The position numbers and the translations under genes are program-made. Positions 43,103 to 52,870 of a stretch of DNA of 64,000 nt are shown piece after piece; within the stretch, counting starts at the first letter, position 1, and the number at the start of each line of letters is the position of its first letter. The notes under the pieces are model-generated. The model had not been told where the DNA came from and did no database searches. It saw only the letters and a list, made by a program, of their open reading frames with translations. Source of the stretch: Candidatus Latescibacterota bacterium (lineage in GTDB: Bacteria > Latescibacterota > UBA2968). The stretch is taken from the NCBI GenBank assembly GCA_965204375.1, contig OZ241986.1, forward strand, positions 3,296,001 through 3,360,000, given 5' to 3'.

Positions 43103-44680
43103 TCACATGCCCCAAATATCGATCTCAACCCCACTGTTAGAAGCCGGGCGACAGTGGAACACCTTGTCCTCCCATCGCCGACCTGCCCGACGGTCAAAGA
43201 TCACCAGATGACCCGCCTCTGCATCGCAGCGATCCATGTACTCCGCCGTCTGATCCAGGCCATCGGCGATGGTCTGTTCCAGGCTCTTGTGGAGAACTTT
43301 GCACTCAATCACGATTTTGCGCGTCTGCTCACCCTGCGGCCAGACAATCAGCAAATCTGTACGCATCCGCCCCAACCCATACTCTCGCTCAATGCGTCCA
43401 CCGCTGTTCACAATGCGCTGCAGGAACGCCTGCAACAGAAGCTGAGGGCCAGCCTCCTGGTATTGGAACCGCGTCACCCAATGCTCCGAGTGCTCGCGAA
43501 AAAAAGTCTGGAACGCGGTCATCAATTTGACCACATTCAGGCTGCCATCGGCATTGACGTACCAGGCTGCATCCTCGTCGAGTCCCACCTGGGCGGCGTA
43601 GGTCAGTTCACGCGGAACGATTTCCGCGTAGATCGGATTGGCGATGCGGAGTGGTTCGTTTGAGGCGATCAAGCCCAGATCGCGGACGTATTCGAGATCG
43701 CGAGTGGAGAAGTCGCTGGCCTCTCCACCACTGAGCAACGGCTCAACCACGCGCTGCACGCGCTCTTCCTGCAACTTGTCGGCCAACTGATCCAAATGCG
43801 TCTCTCTACGCAGAATGAGTTGCTCTTGCGCTTCGCGGATGTCCTCCGAAGTAATTGGCCTGTCCTCATTCTCTGCGGCCTCATCCCGAAAGCATGTCTC
43901 ATCCGCCAGCGCGTTCACCAGCCACGGCTGCCCTTGCGTCTGCGTCCAAATCGTCTCCAGTGCGTCTGGCGTGAACACCTGTCCCGTCTCCTCAGTGTGC
44001 TGGCCTATCAGAGCAACCACCTCATCCCGTGAAAAATCGCCCAATCGCAACGATCTCGCCTTGATATTGAACGCGCTACCGCCAGCAATGATCGCATTGG
44101 CCGAACTGGAATGGATGCGGTAATCGCGCACATCGCGCACACCGCACAATACCACACTCTGTGGAAAGTCATCAGGACGCAGGTCATAGCCATCCCGCAA
44201 CTGCCGCAACACGGATAGAAGAGAATCGCCGATCAGTGCGTCAATCTCGTCAATGAACAACACCAGGGGCTTTGGGTCGGCCTGTGCCCAGCGCGTCAAT
44301 GCTTCGTCCAGCGCGCCGTGCGGGCCGTACTTCGCCAAAATGTCCAGCCAAACCTCGTCCAAAAACTCGTCATCCAGCGTCATGCGTGCCCAAGAAGACA
44401 GGGCACCCAGAATGGTACGCATGACCTGTTCCACATCTTCGCGCCCAGCCTGCCCGGCCTCGACATTGACGTACACACAACGGTAGTTGTCCTCGGCATT
44501 GAGCAGGTCGCGCAGAGCCAGCAGTGCCGAGGTCTTGCCCGTTTGCCGAGGCGCGTGCAGAACGAAGTAGCGTTTGTCGCGAATGAGCCTGAGAACTTCG
44601 TTGAGGTTGAGCCGTTCCAGAGGTGGGATGCAGTAGTGATCCTCTGCCACCACCGGCCCGGTCGTATTGAAGAAGCGCAT
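43103..44680 (-). CDS. AAA-like ATPase with C-terminal PD-(D/E)xK nuclease-like domain
   Basis: RFFNTTGP, HAPRQTGKTS, FIDEID; IEREY..GRMRTDL..IECK. Confidence 0.82.
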   Translation of the reverse strand: MRFFNTTGPVVAEDHYCIPPLERLNLNEVLRLIRDKRYFVLHAPRQTGKTSALLALRDLLNAEDNYRCVYVNVEAGQAGREDVEQVMRTILGALSSWARMTLDDEFLDEVWLDILAKYGPHGALDEALTRWAQADPKPLVLFIDEIDALIGDSLLSVLRQLRDGYDLRPDDFPQSVVLCGVRDVRDYRIHSSSANAIIAGGSAFNIKARSLRLGDFSRDEVVALIGQHTEETGQVFTPDALETIWTQTQGQPWLVNALADETCFRDEAAENEDRPITSEDIREAQEQLILRRETHLDQLADKLQEERVQRVVEPLLSGGEASDFSTRDLEYVRDLGLIASNEPLRIANPIYAEIVPRELTYAAQVGLDEDAAWYVNADGSLNVVKLMTAFQTFFREHSEHWVTRFQYQEAGPQLLLQAFLQRIVNSGGRIEREYGLGRMRTDLLIVWPQGEQTRKIVIECKVLHKSLEQTIADGLDQTAEYMDRCDAEAGHLVIFDRRAGRRWEDKVFHCRPASNSGVEIDIWGM

Positions 44681-44699
44681 GCTTACAGTTCCTTCTTAT

Positions 44700-46583
44700 T
44701 TAACTCACCTCAGCCCCATCGCTAATCTCGCCATCTGGCGTTACGAGCGTGAGGCCCTGATCATCGGAAGCTGCCAGCAGCATACCCTGGGATTCGACAC
44801 CGCGAATAGTCGCGGGTTCCAGATTGGCAACCACCACAATCTGCTGTCCAACGAGTGCCTCTGGCTCGTAATACTCGGCAATCCCGGCGACGATCTGGCG
44901 TTGCTCATCGCCCAAACTAATTTGCAACTGCAACAGACGATCTGCCCCCTTCACGCGCTCGGCTGCATCAATTTTTGCCACGCGCAATTTGAGCTTCTGA
45001 AACTCTGAAAAAGAAATCAAATCTTCTGGTTTTTCTTCTGCCACATCGACCTCCTCAATACGCGGGAACACCGGATCGCCAGGTGCAACCTTCAAATTGG
45101 CATCCAGACCTCCCCATGTTTTTAAATCATCCAAATGAACATCTTCTGGCGAACCCTTTGCACCGAGTTGTCGCCAAATCTCACACGCCTTTGACGGAAT
45201 CACGGGAAACAGCAACACGGCCAATTGCCGCATCGTCTCCAGCAGCGCGTAAATTGTCACCTCAAGCTCGGCTCTCTTGCTCACATCCTTCACCAAATTC
45301 CAAGGCGCCTGCACCTCGACAAACCGATTGGCCTCCCGCACCAACCGCCAAACCGCATCCAGCACCGCATTGGGATTCATCGCATCAATAGCCTCGCCCA
45401 CCGCATTGAGCGTCTCATCCGTCTGCGCTTTCAAAGCGTCGAGCGCCGCGTGGTCGCCATCAACAGCGGGCACAACCCCATCCAGATACCGCGCAGCCAT
45501 CACCACCGAGCGATTCAGCAAATTGCCCAACTCATTTGCCAACTCGGTATTATAGCGCTGAATAAAAGCCTCCTCGCTAAAATCGCTATCCTGCCCCAGC
45601 GTCATATCGCGCACCAGAAAATACCGAAACGCATCCACCCCGTATTTATCCGCCAAATCCAGCGGTCGAATCGCATTGCCCAGCGACTTTCCCATCTTTG
45701 TCTCATCCACGAGCCAGAAACCATGTCCCATAACCGTTTCCGGCAATGGCACATCCATCGCCTTGAGCATCGTGGGCCAATACACGCAGTGCGTAGTCAA
45801 AATATCCTTGCCAATCAGATGGCAAGACGCGGGCCACCAGTGCTCAAAACGCGCATCATCGGCGATATAACCCGGTGCCGTGATATAATTGATCAGCGCA
45901 TCAAACCAAACATAACAGACATAATCTTCATCAAAAGGAAGCGGAATCCCCCATTCCAAACGATCTTTGGGGCGAGAAACACACAGATCGCCCAGCGGCT
46001 GGCGCAAAAATCCGAGGATCTCGTTGCGCCGCTTTTCTGGTCGAATAAAATTGGGATGTGTCTCAATATACTCAATGAGCCAGTCCTGATATTTGCTCAT
46101 TTTAAAAAAATAATTCTTCTCCGAAATCTTCACCACAGGCCGCCCGCAATCCGGACAATTCCCATCAACCAGATCCTTCTCCGTCCAGAATCGCTCATCC
46201 GGAATACAATACCACCCCTCGTAATTATCCGAATAAATCTCGCCCGCATCGTAAATGCGTTGCAAAATCTCGGATACAACGCGCTTGTGCCGCGCTTCGG
46301 TAGTGCGAATAAAATCATCATGAGAAATATTTAAAACATCCCACAACGCCTGAAACCGCACCACCATTTCATCGGCGTGTGCCAGAGGCGACAAATTGCG
46401 CTCTTTCGCCGCCTCATCCACTTTCTGCCCGTGCTCATCTGTACCCGTCAAAAACAACACATCATCGCCAGTTAGGCGATGAAAACGCGACAACACATCG
46501 GCCATAATCGTCGTGTACGCATGCCCGATATGGGGTTCATCATTGACGTAATAAATCGGTGTTGTAATATAAAATGTGCCCAT
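44700..46583 (-). CDS. metG: Methionine--tRNA ligase with C-terminal tRNA-binding domain
   Basis: YITTPIYYVN..HIGH, GTDEHG, YVWFDAL, KMGKS, RQIVAGI..SQGMLLAA. Confidence 0.97.
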   Translation of the reverse strand: MGTFYITTPIYYVNDEPHIGHAYTTIMADVLSRFHRLTGDDVLFLTGTDEHGQKVDEAAKERNLSPLAHADEMVVRFQALWDVLNISHDDFIRTTEARHKRVVSEILQRIYDAGEIYSDNYEGWYCIPDERFWTEKDLVDGNCPDCGRPVVKISEKNYFFKMSKYQDWLIEYIETHPNFIRPEKRRNEILGFLRQPLGDLCVSRPKDRLEWGIPLPFDEDYVCYVWFDALINYITAPGYIADDARFEHWWPASCHLIGKDILTTHCVYWPTMLKAMDVPLPETVMGHGFWLVDETKMGKSLGNAIRPLDLADKYGVDAFRYFLVRDMTLGQDSDFSEEAFIQRYNTELANELGNLLNRSVVMAARYLDGVVPAVDGDHAALDALKAQTDETLNAVGEAIDAMNPNAVLDAVWRLVREANRFVEVQAPWNLVKDVSKRAELEVTIYALLETMRQLAVLLFPVIPSKACEIWRQLGAKGSPEDVHLDDLKTWGGLDANLKVAPGDPVFPRIEEVDVAEEKPEDLISFSEFQKLKLRVAKIDAAERVKGADRLLQLQISLGDEQRQIVAGIAEYYEPEALVGQQIVVVANLEPATIRGVESQGMLLAASDDQGLTLVTPDGEISDGAEVS

Positions 46584-46597
46584 TTTTCTACGCCCAC

Positions 46598-47641
46598 TCA
46601 AAGGGACCTGATCTGTCGCCAGAGCGAAATCAAGCCCAGATTCATATTCACATTGCGGTGATTCATCTCCCGCAGAGATTCAATCTTTTTTACAATTGCG
46701 GCGAGTTGGTCCAGATCAAAAGCCCCCGCCAATCGCCCAACATTGTCCTTCTGCACAGCATTGGCTATATGATCATCCCGACCACATTGCAACAACAGCG
46801 CATCCCTGAGCCAGATTTCTGCACCTGCCAAAATATCCAACGCCTCTTGTCGGTCAAGTTTTGCCAGTGCTTCAAACGTGCGCTCCTCCTGCTCCCCCAG
46901 CAACGCTTCCAAAAACTTGAAAGATCTATCTTGCCTATCTGCGATATGGCCATCGGTCATATCCAACGCCCTGCGCAAGTCGCCGCCACACGTGCGTGCA
47001 ATAAAATCTGCCGTTGTCTCATCAACGCCCCTCGCCGTCAACCCAACACTGATATCCTGAGCCAAAAGCGCGGGAAATTTCACAAACTGACATCGAGACA
47101 CAATGGTGGGCAACAACGCATCGCCCTGGGATGCAATCAAGATCATCAGCGACCGAACAGGCGGTTCTTCCAGGGTTTTCAACATAGCGTTGGCCGCCTC
47201 TGCACGCATTTGTTCCGCGTGTAAAATAAGAATCGTGCGCCAGCCCCCCGCAAAAGCACTGTGCGTAAACTGCCGCTGCATCTCCCGAACGCGATCAATA
47301 GCAATCGCTGCATTGTCGTCGGGCAATGGATAGTGATAAGGCGATTGCCAGACCTGAAACAGTGCAGCTTGCCTATCTTCCTCTTTCACGCGAGAAGAAA
47401 AGGGAAAGAGCAGCGCACTATCCGGATGATTGAGATTTGTCACCTTGTGGCATGCGGCGCAATGCCCACAGGCCACAGCACCATCTTCCCGACAATGCAA
47501 CGCCTGCACAAAATCCAATGCCGCCGCCACTGCACCCGTGCCAGAAGTGCCCAAAAACAACAGCGCGTGCGGGACTCGATCTCTTTCAATCAATTCGGTC
47601 AAAAACCGAACCGCGCGCCCCTGTCCAATCACACGTTTCAA
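46598..47641 (-). CDS. holB: DNA polymerase III subunit delta'
   Basis: HALLF.G, C..CGHCAAC..HPD, AANAMLKTLEEPP, LLPTIVSRC. Confidence 0.9.
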   Translation of the reverse strand: MKRVIGQGRAVRFLTELIERDRVPHALLFLGTSGTGAVAAALDFVQALHCREDGAVACGHCAACHKVTNLNHPDSALLFPFSSRVKEEDRQAALFQVWQSPYHYPLPDDNAAIAIDRVREMQRQFTHSAFAGGWRTILILHAEQMRAEAANAMLKTLEEPPVRSLMILIASQGDALLPTIVSRCQFVKFPALLAQDISVGLTARGVDETTADFIARTCGGDLRRALDMTDGHIADRQDRSFKFLEALLGEQEERTFEALAKLDRQEALDILAGAEIWLRDALLLQCGRDDHIANAVQKDNVGRLAGAFDLDQLAAIVKKIESLREMNHRNVNMNLGLISLWRQIRSL

Positions 47642-47657
47642 TATCGCCTCTTATATG

Positions 47658-47696
47658 AAAAGCCGCTGGAACGGAACATTCCAACGGCTTTTTTTT
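47658..47696 (-). terminator. Intrinsic terminator/attenuator just upstream of holB
   Basis: gccgttggaa / ttccagcggc stem; U-G wobble works only on - strand (C-A mismatch on +); followed by TTTT. Confidence 0.7.
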
Positions 47697-47852
47697 ATGC
47701 AAACGACTAAAATGATCCGCTATCCATGTTCCTGCTCACAATGAGAATGTACAACACGTGTAGCCCGTACAACGACGGGCATCGGCATTTGCATTGTTGG
47801 CGCAAAAAACAACATGGAACGGCTCCATAATCAAAAGTATATTACAACGCGG
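47658..47852 (-). ncRNA. Candidate ~195-nt structured RNA or leader (contains 31-codon ORF 47720-47815)
   Basis: Promoter upstream, terminator downstream; nested stems tccatgtt/aacatgga, acaatg/cattgt, gcccgt/acgggc. Confidence 0.45.
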
Positions 47853-47858
47853 TGAAAA

Positions 47859-47887
47859 ATAATATACCTTATCCATCCATTTGTCAA
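47859..47887 (-). promoter_or_regulatory. Sigma70-type promoter
   Basis: TTGACA-17 bp-TATTAT. Confidence 0.7.
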
Positions 47888-47921
47888 GATTTTATTAGCC
47901 ATTTGTTCTACCTCTAAATAG

Positions 47922-47950
47922 TTGACACCTGCGACACAATTTTTTAAGTT
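47922..47950 (+). promoter_or_regulatory. Sigma70-type promoter for the groES-like gene
   Basis: TTGACA-17 bp-TAAGTT. Confidence 0.55.
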
Positions 47951-48001
47951 TGATCAACAATTGTTTGGATTTGTGCAGGAACCATTGAGCGAGAAAATGC
48001 A

Positions 48002-48421
48002 ATGCAAATAGGAAACAAAGAACTCGTCGTTATTGGCGACCGCGTTTTGGTCAAGCGGGAAGATTTGGAAGAGCGAACCAAAGTGGGGCTTTATTTGCCT
48101 CAAACCGTAGTCGAAAAAGAGGAAGTACAGAGCGGTCGCATTATGGCCACAGGCCCCGGTCTGCCGCTGCCAGAAACGCCCGAAGACGATGAACCCTGGC
48201 GCAATTCCCCAAAAGAACCGCGGTATTTGCCCCTGCAAGTGGAGGAAGGAGATTTTGCCTTATTTTTGCAAAAAGCCGCGATGGAGATCTCTTTTGAAGG
48301 AGAGAAATATCTCATTGTGCCCCAGGCTTCCATCCTGGTTGTGATTCGAGAATCGGATACCATAGTAGGCGAAGACGAGGTATTGGATGAACTGGAGGGT
48401 TTGGACGACCTCGACCTGTGA
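48002..48421 (+). CDS. GroES-family co-chaperonin (stand-alone, acidic tail)
   Basis: GDRVLVK..ERTKVGLYLP..G.I.A.GPG..PLQVEEGD..GEKYLIV...IL. Confidence 0.85.
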   Translation: MQIGNKELVVIGDRVLVKREDLEERTKVGLYLPQTVVEKEEVQSGRIMATGPGLPLPETPEDDEPWRNSPKEPRYLPLQVEEGDFALFLQKAAMEISFEGEKYLIVPQASILVVIRESDTIVGEDEVLDELEGLDDLDL

Positions 48422-48438
48422 TGGTTTTGTGAAAGTTC

Positions 48439-48469
48439 AAAAAAAAAGCCGCTGATTAGCGGCTTTTTT
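48439..48469. terminator. Bidirectional intrinsic terminator
   Basis: aaaaagccgct-gatt-agcggcttttt between convergent genes. Confidence 0.85.
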
Positions 48470-48477
48470 ATTTTAAC

Positions 48478-49416
48478 TCACTGTTTCGCCTGTGCCTCAG
48501 TATCCGATCTGGCACATCGAAAACCCAGAGAAGGATAGGTTTTATCGGGCTTTTCACCTCGCCGTCGGGCCATATGAATATGGGGGGCACTCCAGCCCCC
48601 GCCCCTTATGACGCGCTTTTTCCCAGCCTCCGGGCCTGTGGGATTGTGGAGCGGAGAAACGCGGTAATATCCTTCGTCAAACCAATCCCAACACCATTCC
48701 CATACATTGCCCGACATATCGAGTAACCCTTCACTGGTAGCACCTTCGGGGAAGGTCCCCACAGGCAATGGGCGCCGGTTCCGAGTCTCTCGGGTATTTG
48801 CTCGCGTGACGTCAAAACGATCGCCCCAGGGGTAAAGACGGCTTTGTGCCCCTCGTGCTGCGCGTTCCCACTCCGCTTCAGTAGGCAGTCGTTTGCCCTT
48901 CCATGAACAATAGGCATTGGCGTCATGCCACGAAACACCCACAACGGGTTGGTTGGGATTATTGTATTTGGCCTCGCCCCAATACCGGGGAGCCGCATGC
49001 CCTGTGCTCGTCACAAATTCGCGGTACTGAGCATTGGTTACTTCGCGTGTATCGACCCAGTACGCATTGAGATAAACCTTGTGTACAGGCGCGTTTTTAT
49101 CTCGAGTATCTCCCATGAGAAAATGGCCTGCGGAAATTTGCACCTCCATTTTACCTGTACTATCGGAAGATACGGCTACACGGGGTCTGGGCTGTTCAAA
49201 AGGAGAACGTCCATCAATCGTCTTGATACTCAACTTGGAAATTTTGATCTGGCTGGAAGAAAGCTGAAGCGTAATAGAAGTCGCTGTCTCTCGAATCAGT
49301 TCGCCCCGCACAACGCGACCCGATTTGAGAACGACCTCAACGGCCTCAGTTGTATCGACCAGGCCAGATAACACCCCAAATACGATTAAAAATACTCCCA
49401 TAATATACCGCCGCAT
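48478..49416 (-). CDS. Secreted FGE-sulfatase (SUMF1/EgtB/PvdO) domain protein
   Basis: Signal peptide; FLMG, EVTN, RLPTEAEWERAARG, DMSGNVWEW, RGGGW, GFRCA. Confidence 0.88.
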   Translation of the reverse strand: MRRYIMGVFLIVFGVLSGLVDTTEAVEVVLKSGRVVRGELIRETATSITLQLSSSQIKISKLSIKTIDGRSPFEQPRPRVAVSSDSTGKMEVQISAGHFLMGDTRDKNAPVHKVYLNAYWVDTREVTNAQYREFVTSTGHAAPRYWGEAKYNNPNQPVVGVSWHDANAYCSWKGKRLPTEAEWERAARGAQSRLYPWGDRFDVTRANTRETRNRRPLPVGTFPEGATSEGLLDMSGNVWEWCWDWFDEGYYRVSPLHNPTGPEAGKKRVIRGGGWSAPHIHMARRRGEKPDKTYPSLGFRCARSDTEAQAKQ

Positions 49417-49526
49417 TTTGCCTCCTTGGCGATTGGATTATCGCTTTTTGGTCGCGCCTTTGAAAGTAATCATTTCGCGGTATTTTGTCCAGTCCCGCAA
49501 AACATACCCACAATAAGAAAAAAATA

Positions 49527-49554
49527 AAAGCCCAACCTTAAAAGGCTGGGCTTT
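49527..49554 (-). terminator. Intrinsic terminator after HU gene
   Basis: aaagcccagcct / aggttgggcttt followed by T-rich run on - strand. Confidence 0.75.
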
Positions 49555-49581
49555 GCGACGGTTCCCTAAATGCGACAATTG

Positions 49582-49899
49582 CTAAACCATGTCTTTCAGT
49601 TTTTTGAGAGCTGAAATTCTTACACCCTGCGAAGCGGGTTTGGCTGCAATGGTTATTTTTTCGCCAGTGAAGGGATTGACGCCCTCTCGTTCTGCGCGGG
49701 CCGGTTTTTCGACCCTTTTGATTTTGAGCAGACCGGGCAACACAAATTCACCGACGGAACCTGCTGTGATATGGCTTTCAATGGCACTGTCCAACCCATC
49801 AAGAACGCTACCCACATCTTTTTTGCTCAGACCAGTGCTTTCTGCGATCGCGCTTACAATCTGGGCTTTACTCCATCGTTTTGTTACAGCTTGCGACAT
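49582..49899 (-). CDS. HU-family DNA-binding protein
   Basis: SKAQIV..IAESTGLSKKDV, PAR..REGVNPFTGEKITIAAKPA. Confidence 0.9.
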   Translation of the reverse strand: MSQAVTKRWSKAQIVSAIAESTGLSKKDVGSVLDGLDSAIESHITAGSVGEFVLPGLLKIKRVEKPARAEREGVNPFTGEKITIAAKPASQGVRISALKKLKDMV

Positions 49900-49991
49900 A
49901 ATTCTCTCCCTTTGTGAAAATGGATTTACTGATTCCCCACCCTGTGCCTCCCGCAAAGGCAAATAGGTTGAAGGCTATATCGTGTAACATA

Positions 49992-50021
49992 ATTATAGTC
50001 CAGCATGCTTTGATTTGTCAA
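49992..50021 (-). promoter_or_regulatory. Consensus sigma70 promoter of HU gene
   Basis: TTGACA-18 bp-TATAAT. Confidence 0.75.
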
Positions 50022-50060
50022 GTATAGATTGCCCATTCTCCTGTTTTATGTCTTTTTGGC

Positions 50061-51044
50061 CTACTCCACCCAAATATCCGGGCGCGTATCCACCCCGTAA
50101 TTCTCAAATATCGCATCAACAGCACACTTATCGTCTTCGGATAGCGCCACCTCCAATGCCCCCATATTCGACACCACCTCCTCGGGTTTACGCACGCCAA
50201 CCAGTGCGGTGCTGATCACAGGGTTGGACAACACCCACGCCAGCGCGAGATGATATATAGCTGTACCGCGATCCGCTGCCATCTGTTTTAACGCTTCCAC
50301 CACCTTCAGATTGCGCGGAAAATTTTCCTCTGCAAACAAAGGCATATTAAACAACCCACCCTTAGAACGCCAATCTTCTGTCTCAAATGTCGTATTCTCA
50401 TCAAATGCGCCAGCGAGCAACCCATGCGCCAGAGATCCATATCCCATCATCCCAATACCGTGCGTTTCGCAATAGGGAAAAACCTCTCTCTCCATGCGCC
50501 GATCAAACATGTGATAGCCGTATTGCCCCACATCTACCCGTCGCGTCTTCATGCACGCATCGATCTCTTCTGCCTTGAAATTCGATACCCCTCCAAAGCG
50601 CACCTTACCCTGCTGAATCAAATCTTCCAGCACCTGCATAGGCTCTTCAAAAGGCGTGTGCCGATCGGGCCAGTGAATCAAATAGACATCGATATAATCC
50701 GTATTCAAAAACCGCAAACTATTCTCTACCGACGCCATAATTCGCTCCCTGCGGCTGTCGCGCCCCTTTTCCCGTCCCGAATCCGTATATCCAATACCGA
50801 CCTTTGTCACCACAATCACATCCTTGCGTCGATTTCCCAGGCCACGCGCGAGCAGAGCCTCTGATTTTCCCTTCCCATAGCCTTCGGCCGTATCAAAGCA
50901 ATTAATCCCCAGATCCAGTGCCTTGTGAATACCCGCAATCACTTCGCCCTCATCAAAATAACCATAATTCCCACCGAGTTCCCAGCACCCAAATCCAATC
51001 GCCGAAACATCCAATCCGGTCTTTCCAAACGGCCTGTATTCCAC
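50061..51044 (-). CDS. Aldo/keto reductase
   Basis: IGFGCW, FDTAEGYG, DYIDVYLIHWPD, GKVRFGGVSN. Confidence 0.92.
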   Translation of the reverse strand: MEYRPFGKTGLDVSAIGFGCWELGGNYGYFDEGEVIAGIHKALDLGINCFDTAEGYGKGKSEALLARGLGNRRKDVIVVTKVGIGYTDSGREKGRDSRRERIMASVENSLRFLNTDYIDVYLIHWPDRHTPFEEPMQVLEDLIQQGKVRFGGVSNFKAEEIDACMKTRRVDVGQYGYHMFDRRMEREVFPYCETHGIGMMGYGSLAHGLLAGAFDENTTFETEDWRSKGGLFNMPLFAEENFPRNLKVVEALKQMAADRGTAIYHLALAWVLSNPVISTALVGVRKPEEVVSNMGALEVALSEDDKCAVDAIFENYGVDTRPDIWVE

Positions 51045-51074
51045 GGCAAACCTCCAGATAAAAATGTTGTTTAA

Positions 51075-51842
51075 TCACCGCCCCATCCACCCGCCATCCA
51101 CAGTCAAAATCGCACCATTGACATAACTGGCCGCATCCGAACACAAAAACACACACGCGCCTTTTAAATCATCCGGCTGCCCCCATCGTCCCTGGGGAAT
51201 GCGCATCAAAATTTGCTCGGAACGGACAGAATCACTGCGCAGGGCTTCGGTATTATCTGTCGCAATATAACCCGGCGCAATAGCATTGACATTCACCCCC
51301 TTACTCGCCCACTCATTTGACAGCGCCATCGTCAAAGTCGCAATTCCCCCTTTGGCCGCGGCGTAACCCGGCACTGTAATGCCACCCTGAAAACTCAGCA
51401 AAGACGCTGTAAAAACAATTTTGCCACGCCCACGCGCCACCATCTCTTTGCCAAACTCGCGCGCGAGAACAAATTGTGCATTCAAATTTACCTCAATGAC
51501 CTTATCCCAGTATTCATCGGGATGATCCGCCGCAGGCTCCCGCAAAATCGTACCCGCATTATTCACCAATATATCGACCTGAGCGACATCTGCTTTCACC
51601 TGTGCTATAAAAGCCCGCAAAGCATCTCGATCGGAAAAATCACATGCATAAGGATGAAAACTACGGCCTAATGCCGCGACATCCCCCTCTACTTCACTAC
51701 CCGACGCCAGCGATGCACTCACCCCCACAATATCGGCACCTGCCTCAGCCAACCCCTGGGCAAAAGCGCGACCAATACCTCGCCGACACCCCGTCACCAG
51801 TGCCGTCTTACCGCTCAAATCAAACGCATCCAAAATTCCCAT
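51075..51842 (-). CDS. SDR oxidoreductase, KduD-like (2-deoxy-D-gluconate 3-dehydrogenase)
   Basis: TGCRRGIG, LVNNAG, ASLLSFQGGITVPGYAAAK, VDGGWMGR. Confidence 0.88.
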   Translation of the reverse strand: MGILDAFDLSGKTALVTGCRRGIGRAFAQGLAEAGADIVGVSASLASGSEVEGDVAALGRSFHPYACDFSDRDALRAFIAQVKADVAQVDILVNNAGTILREPAADHPDEYWDKVIEVNLNAQFVLAREFGKEMVARGRGKIVFTASLLSFQGGITVPGYAAAKGGIATLTMALSNEWASKGVNVNAIAPGYIATDNTEALRSDSVRSEQILMRIPQGRWGQPDDLKGACVFLCSDAASYVNGAILTVDGGWMGR

Positions 51843-51853
51843 AATAGCCCCTG

Positions 51854-52870
51854 TTATGCCTGGCAGTCCAAAAGCACCTTCATCACCTCGCCACCCGCCA
51901 CCATCTGTTCAAATCCCTTTGCCGCATCGTCCAGTGGCAGCGTATCCGTAATCAGAGCTTTTACATCAACCGCACCAGATGCCGCCAATCGAATTGCCCG
52001 CTCAAAATCTATGGGCTCGTACACGCGACACCCCACCAGATGCAATTCCCGCCAAAAAAACCGCTGTAAATCCACAGGCGGCGGTTCAGCGTGTACCCCA
52101 ACCAGCACAATGGTTCCGCGGACCCGGGCCAACTCAGTCATAACCCTTGCACCGGGCGCACTGCCGCTAACTTCAAACACGAGATCTGCCCCCGCGCCCT
52201 CGGTCCAATCTTCTGTATATGCGAGAAGATCTGTTTCCAATGGATTTACACTCTCAAAGCCCAATGCCCTCGCCTTTGCCAAACGAAAGGAATTCACTTC
52301 GGAAATCACCACCTCGGCCCCGTCCAATCGCGCCGCCATTGCAACCAGCATCCCAATCGGACCGCCGCCAATCACAACCGCGCGATCGCCCAATTCCACT
52401 TTTGCACGCCGAACATCGTGTACAGCGACTGCAAGCGGTTCAATAAGTGCGCCAGCATCGTCGTCCAGTGCATCGGGTACGCGGTGCAGGCGATCGAGTG
52501 GTGCATTCCAAAAAGCCTGAAATGCCCCCGCAGAGTCAATACCCAAAAAATTCAGATTCTGACAAACATGTCGATGACCCCGTCGGCAAGCTGCACACAC
52601 GCCACATGCCACGGTGGGTTCAACCACCACGCGATCCCCCACTTTGAACTCGGCATCTTTCGGAACACCTACAATTTCGCCGCACATCTCGTGTCCCATC
52701 ACCAGAGGAATTTGCACCCGCTGATCCATGTGCCCCTGATAAATATGCAAATCCGTGCCGCATAAACCCGCCCGCGCCACCTTGATGAGCACCTCATCAT
52801 CACCCCGTTTGGGTTGCGCAATATCGCGCAATTCAACCCGCTCGGGACCCAGATAAACAGACGCTTTCAT
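51854..52870 (-). CDS. Zn-dependent (MDR) sugar/sugar-acid dehydrogenase
   Basis: GLCGTD, GHE, CGVCAAC..C, EPLAVA.H, GGGPIG. Confidence 0.9.
   Translation of the reverse strand: MKASVYLGPERVELRDIAQPKRGDDEVLIKVARAGLCGTDLHIYQGHMDQRVQIPLVMGHEMCGEIVGVPKDAEFKVGDRVVVEPTVACGVCAACRRGHRHVCQNLNFLGIDSAGAFQAFWNAPLDRLHRVPDALDDDAGALIEPLAVAVHDVRRAKVELGDRAVVIGGGPIGMLVAMAARLDGAEVVISEVNSFRLAKARALGFESVNPLETDLLAYTEDWTEGAGADLVFEVSGSAPGARVMTELARVRGTIVLVGVHAEPPPVDLQRFFWRELHLVGCRVYEPIDFERAIRLAASGAVDVKALITDTLPLDDAAKGFEQMVAGGEVMKVLLDCQA

Noticed and set aside
45225-46334. Long antisense ORFs (also 396-1355, 29040-29909, 36779-37663)
   Set aside because: Shadows of well-conserved genes on the opposite strand with no recognisable motifs
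46598-47641. HolB Walker A lacks lysine (GTSGTGA)
   Set aside because: Delta' is established as an ATPase-inactive subunit
50061-52870. Three-oxidoreductase cluster
   Set aside because: Ordinary sugar-acid catabolic arrangement; substrate not inferable from sequence
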